DNA from: a virus
Taxonomy: Duplodnaviria; Caudoviricetes
Strand: one strand, 5' to 3'
Virus record (IMG/VR): IMGVR_UViG_3300032248_000963
Location: 1 to 35,173 of that record
DNA length: 35,173 nt
Shown: piece after piece, positions 32,950 through 35,173 of the stretch
Position numbering within the stretch: position 1 is the stretch's first letter
How the letters are laid out: each line of letters begins with the position of its first letter
The notes under the pieces: generated by a model
Database searches by the model: none
What the model saw: only the letters and a program-made list of their open reading frames with translations
Told to the model about the DNA's origin: nothing
Translations under genes and position numbers: made by a program

Positions 32950-35173
32950 ATGGCAGTTTTTCAATACATAAGCAAACCAGAATATTTTAATGCAAACTCA
33001 ATTGCATTTCAAAATGATCTTATTGCTAATGGAAATCCATCCATATTTGTTAATACTGTTTCCTCAGCAAATATTAATTTTGCGTCAAATTCTCCAGTTT
33101 TTCAATACATAAGCAAACCAGAATATTTTAATGCAAACTCAATTGCATTTGAAAATGATCTTATTGCTAATGGAAATCCATCCATATTTGTTAATACTGT
33201 TTCCTCAGCAAATATTAATTTTAATTTTAATTTTTTTGGTTCTGACTCTATAATATTTACACGCGCAATTGAAGTTGCAACACGTTCAAATTTTTATATT
33301 ACTAATAACAAACTTTATACGAGAAATGAATCGTATACCCCAAGTAATACAATATATTTAAGAACTGGTTTAGTTTCTTTACTCAAATACGAGTCTTCCA
33401 GCAATTTTAGCGTAACATTTAATCCACAAGAAGATTCATTCCAATACATAATTTCTGGTTCATCTTCATCAACAATAACTAATATTACTTCTGGTTCTGG
33501 TTCTCTATTCTCTAGTGCATCTGGTTCTGCTAAGGTAACATTTAACCCACCAGAAGACACTTATCTGTTTGGTATTTCTGGTGCTGTTTCAGTTGCAATA
33601 TTTAAAGCAACTCCAGTATATTCAGGTTCTGGTTCTCTATTCTCTAGTGCATCTGGTTCTGCTTCCGTTACATTTAACCCACCAGAAGATACTTATCTGT
33701 TTGGTATTTCTGGTTCATCTTCATCAACAAAAACTAATATTACTTCAGGTTCTGGTTCTCTATCCTCCAGTGCATCTGGTTCTGCTAAGGTAACATTTAA
33801 CCCACCAGAAGACACTTATCTATTCAGTGTTTCTGGTTCATCTTCATCAACAAAAACTAATATTACTTCAGGTTCTGGTTCTCTATCCTCCAGTGCATCT
33901 GGTTCTGCTAATGTAATATTTAATCCACCAGAAGACATTTATCTGTTTGATATTTCTGGTTCATCTTCATCTTCATTAGCAACAATTAATATTACTTCTG
34001 GTTCTGGTTTGCTGTCATTCGATGGAGCAGCAGTTATAAAGACAGGAGGAGTAATTCAAAATGTTTCCGAAGTGGGATCTGGTTCAATAACAACCGATAT
34101 ATCAGGTTCTGCTTCCGTTACATTTAACCCACCAGAAGACACTTATTTGTTTGTTTTCTCTGGTGGTTATAGTGATATTAAAGTAACTAGTTCGTATCTA
34201 AAAACAAATTCAAATTTATTTAATTTTAGTGAGCAGTTTGAGAATACATATTGGAATAAAACAAATTTAAGTGGAACTATAACTGCCAATCAAACTACTG
34301 CTCCTGATGGAACCATTACTGCGGATTTATATCAAGAAGATGTAACCACTACTGGACGATATATTTCCAAAGGCATACCTTTTATATCAGGAACTCAGTA
34401 TACAATATCAATATGGGCAAAGCAAGCACCAGGTTCAACTAGATACTTGGGATTAATTCTTCCTAATGCTACATTTGGCGTTAATACTATTGTTTCATTT
34501 ACACTTTCTGGGTCTGGTAGTTATAATATATCAACTTCTGGAACTAATACTTCAGCTAGAATTATACCATATCCAGATGGATGGTATAGATGCTATTTGA
34601 CAAGTCAGGCAACTGCTACTACTTCTGGTGGTATTCAAATTCGTCTTAGCAATTCACCTGTAAATGCAGCTGGTGGATATGCGGGAGATGGAACATCTGG
34701 TATCTATGTGTGGGGAGCAAAATTAGAATATGCAAATATCGCAACTCCATATATTGCTGATAGTGGCACTATATTATATGATAACTATATTAATATTAAT
34801 GGAACTGCTACTACTAACATTATTAACAGTTTTAGTGGATCTGGAACATTTACTGAAACTGGGGAATCTAATCAAGCAACTGCTCAAGTAGCATTTATTG
34901 AAATTAACACAATTATATTATACAACACTAATGCGATTACCAAACTTGCTATGCAGTATGCTGGCAAGTCACCAACCACGCCATTTGGTGCATTAGATAT
35001 TATCTTTGAAGAGCTAGAAGCTAATGCTCCTCCACAAGAATTCAAGTATACTGGTTCTTCAAGTTCAAAAGCAATAATAATAGAATCATCGTCTGGAATT
35101 GTACAGATATCTGGAACCGTTGTAGAAAAAACTATAGATAAATGGCTGGGTTCTGGATCTATATCTGTTTCTG
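32950..35173 (+). CDS. Repeat-rich fibre/spike protein with a carbohydrate-binding-like domain (3' truncated; absent from the ORF track)
   Basis: GAGGA RBS, ATG32950, frame appears open to the window end; SGSGS/FNPPED repeats; NLFNFSEQF..W..TAPDGT..YTISIWAK..GWYRC..GIYVWGAKLE domain at about 34213-34755. Confidence 0.85.
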   Translation, partial: MAVFQYISKPEYFNANSIAFQNDLIANGNPSIFVNTVSSANINFASNSPVFQYISKPEYFNANSIAFENDLIANGNPSIFVNTVSSANINFNFNFFGSDSIIFTRAIEVATRSNFYITNNKLYTRNESYTPSNTIYLRTGLVSLLKYESSSNFSVTFNPQEDSFQYIISGSSSSTITNITSGSGSLFSSASGSAKVTFNPPEDTYLFGISGAVSVAIFKATPVYSGSGSLFSSASGSASVTFNPPEDTYLFGISGSSSSTKTNITSGSGSLSSSASGSAKVTFNPPEDTYLFSVSGSSSSTKTNITSGSGSLSSSASGSANVIFNPPEDIYLFDISGSSSSSLATINITSGSGLLSFDGAAVIKTGGVIQNVSEVGSGSITTDISGSASVTFNPPEDTYLFVFSGGYSDIKVTSSYLKTNSNLFNFSEQFENTYWNKTNLSGTITANQTTAPDGTITADLYQEDVTTTGRYISKGIPFISGTQYTISIWAKQAPGSTRYLGLILPNATFGVNTIVSFTLSGSGSYNISTSGTNTSARIIPYPDGWYRCYLTSQATATTSGGIQIRLSNSPVNAAGGYAGDGTSGIYVWGAKLEYANIATPYIADSGTILYDNYININGTATTNIINSFSGSGTFTETGESNQATAQVAFIEINTIILYNTNAITKLAMQYAGKSPTTPFGALDIIFEELEANAPPQEFKYTGSSSSKAIIIESSSGIVQISGTVVEKTIDKWLGSGSISVS
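32954..33222 (+). repeat. In-frame tandem duplication: 128-bp copies at 32954-33081 and 33095-33222 (period 141 bp, one mismatch)
   Basis: Read directly; the only difference seen is CAA versus GAA (Q/E). Confidence 0.9.
33410..34165 (+). repeat. Six in-frame repeats of about 41 aa (..SGSGSLxSSASGSAxVTFNPPEDTYLFxISG..)
   Basis: FNP codons start at 33418, 33541, 33673, 33796, 33919 and 34123 (periods 123, 132, 123, 123, 204 bp). Confidence 0.9.

Noticed and set aside
32954-33222. Diversity-generating retroelement TR/VR pair
   Set aside because: Copies are tandem and in-frame, the single mismatch is C/G rather than adenine-specific, and no reverse transcriptase is present
7090-33793. Short ORFs nested in or antisense to the structural genes
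   Set aside because: Fully overlap well-supported long genes and show no independent signals or motifs
1-35173. tRNA or rRNA genes
   Set aside because: No cloverleaf or T-loop pattern recognised in the few intergenic gaps; a tRNAscan-SE run would confirm

Overview
Segment of a T4-like (Kyanoviridae-type) cyanomyophage genome, with all credible genes on the + strand. It has two very different parts. (1) About 1-4400 is an increasingly GC-rich array of tiny early-type genes, most too short for the ORF track. They are organised as repeated expression cassettes: a 24-bp palindrome TGTGACA-N10-TGGCACA, 29-30 bp of spacer, a sigma70-type -10 hexamer, an A/C-rich leader TCAACCAAACGA.. without a Shine-Dalgarno, then ATG. 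Cargo includes an ArdA-like antirestriction protein, several very acidic mini-proteins, a KTSC-like protein and a solo HicA-like mRNA interferase. The last two genes are each faced by an identical antisense extended -10 element. (2) About 4400-35173 is AT-rich: an AbrB/MazE-like gene and small ORFs, then a late virion module with T4 late promoters (TATAAATA). It encodes a PAAR spike tip, gp25, gp6, a giant gp7, gp8, a VrlC/DUF4815-like protein and fibre-like proteins, and ends in a truncated repeat-rich fibre gene missing from the ORF track. Family calls come from motif recognition by eye, not database searches.
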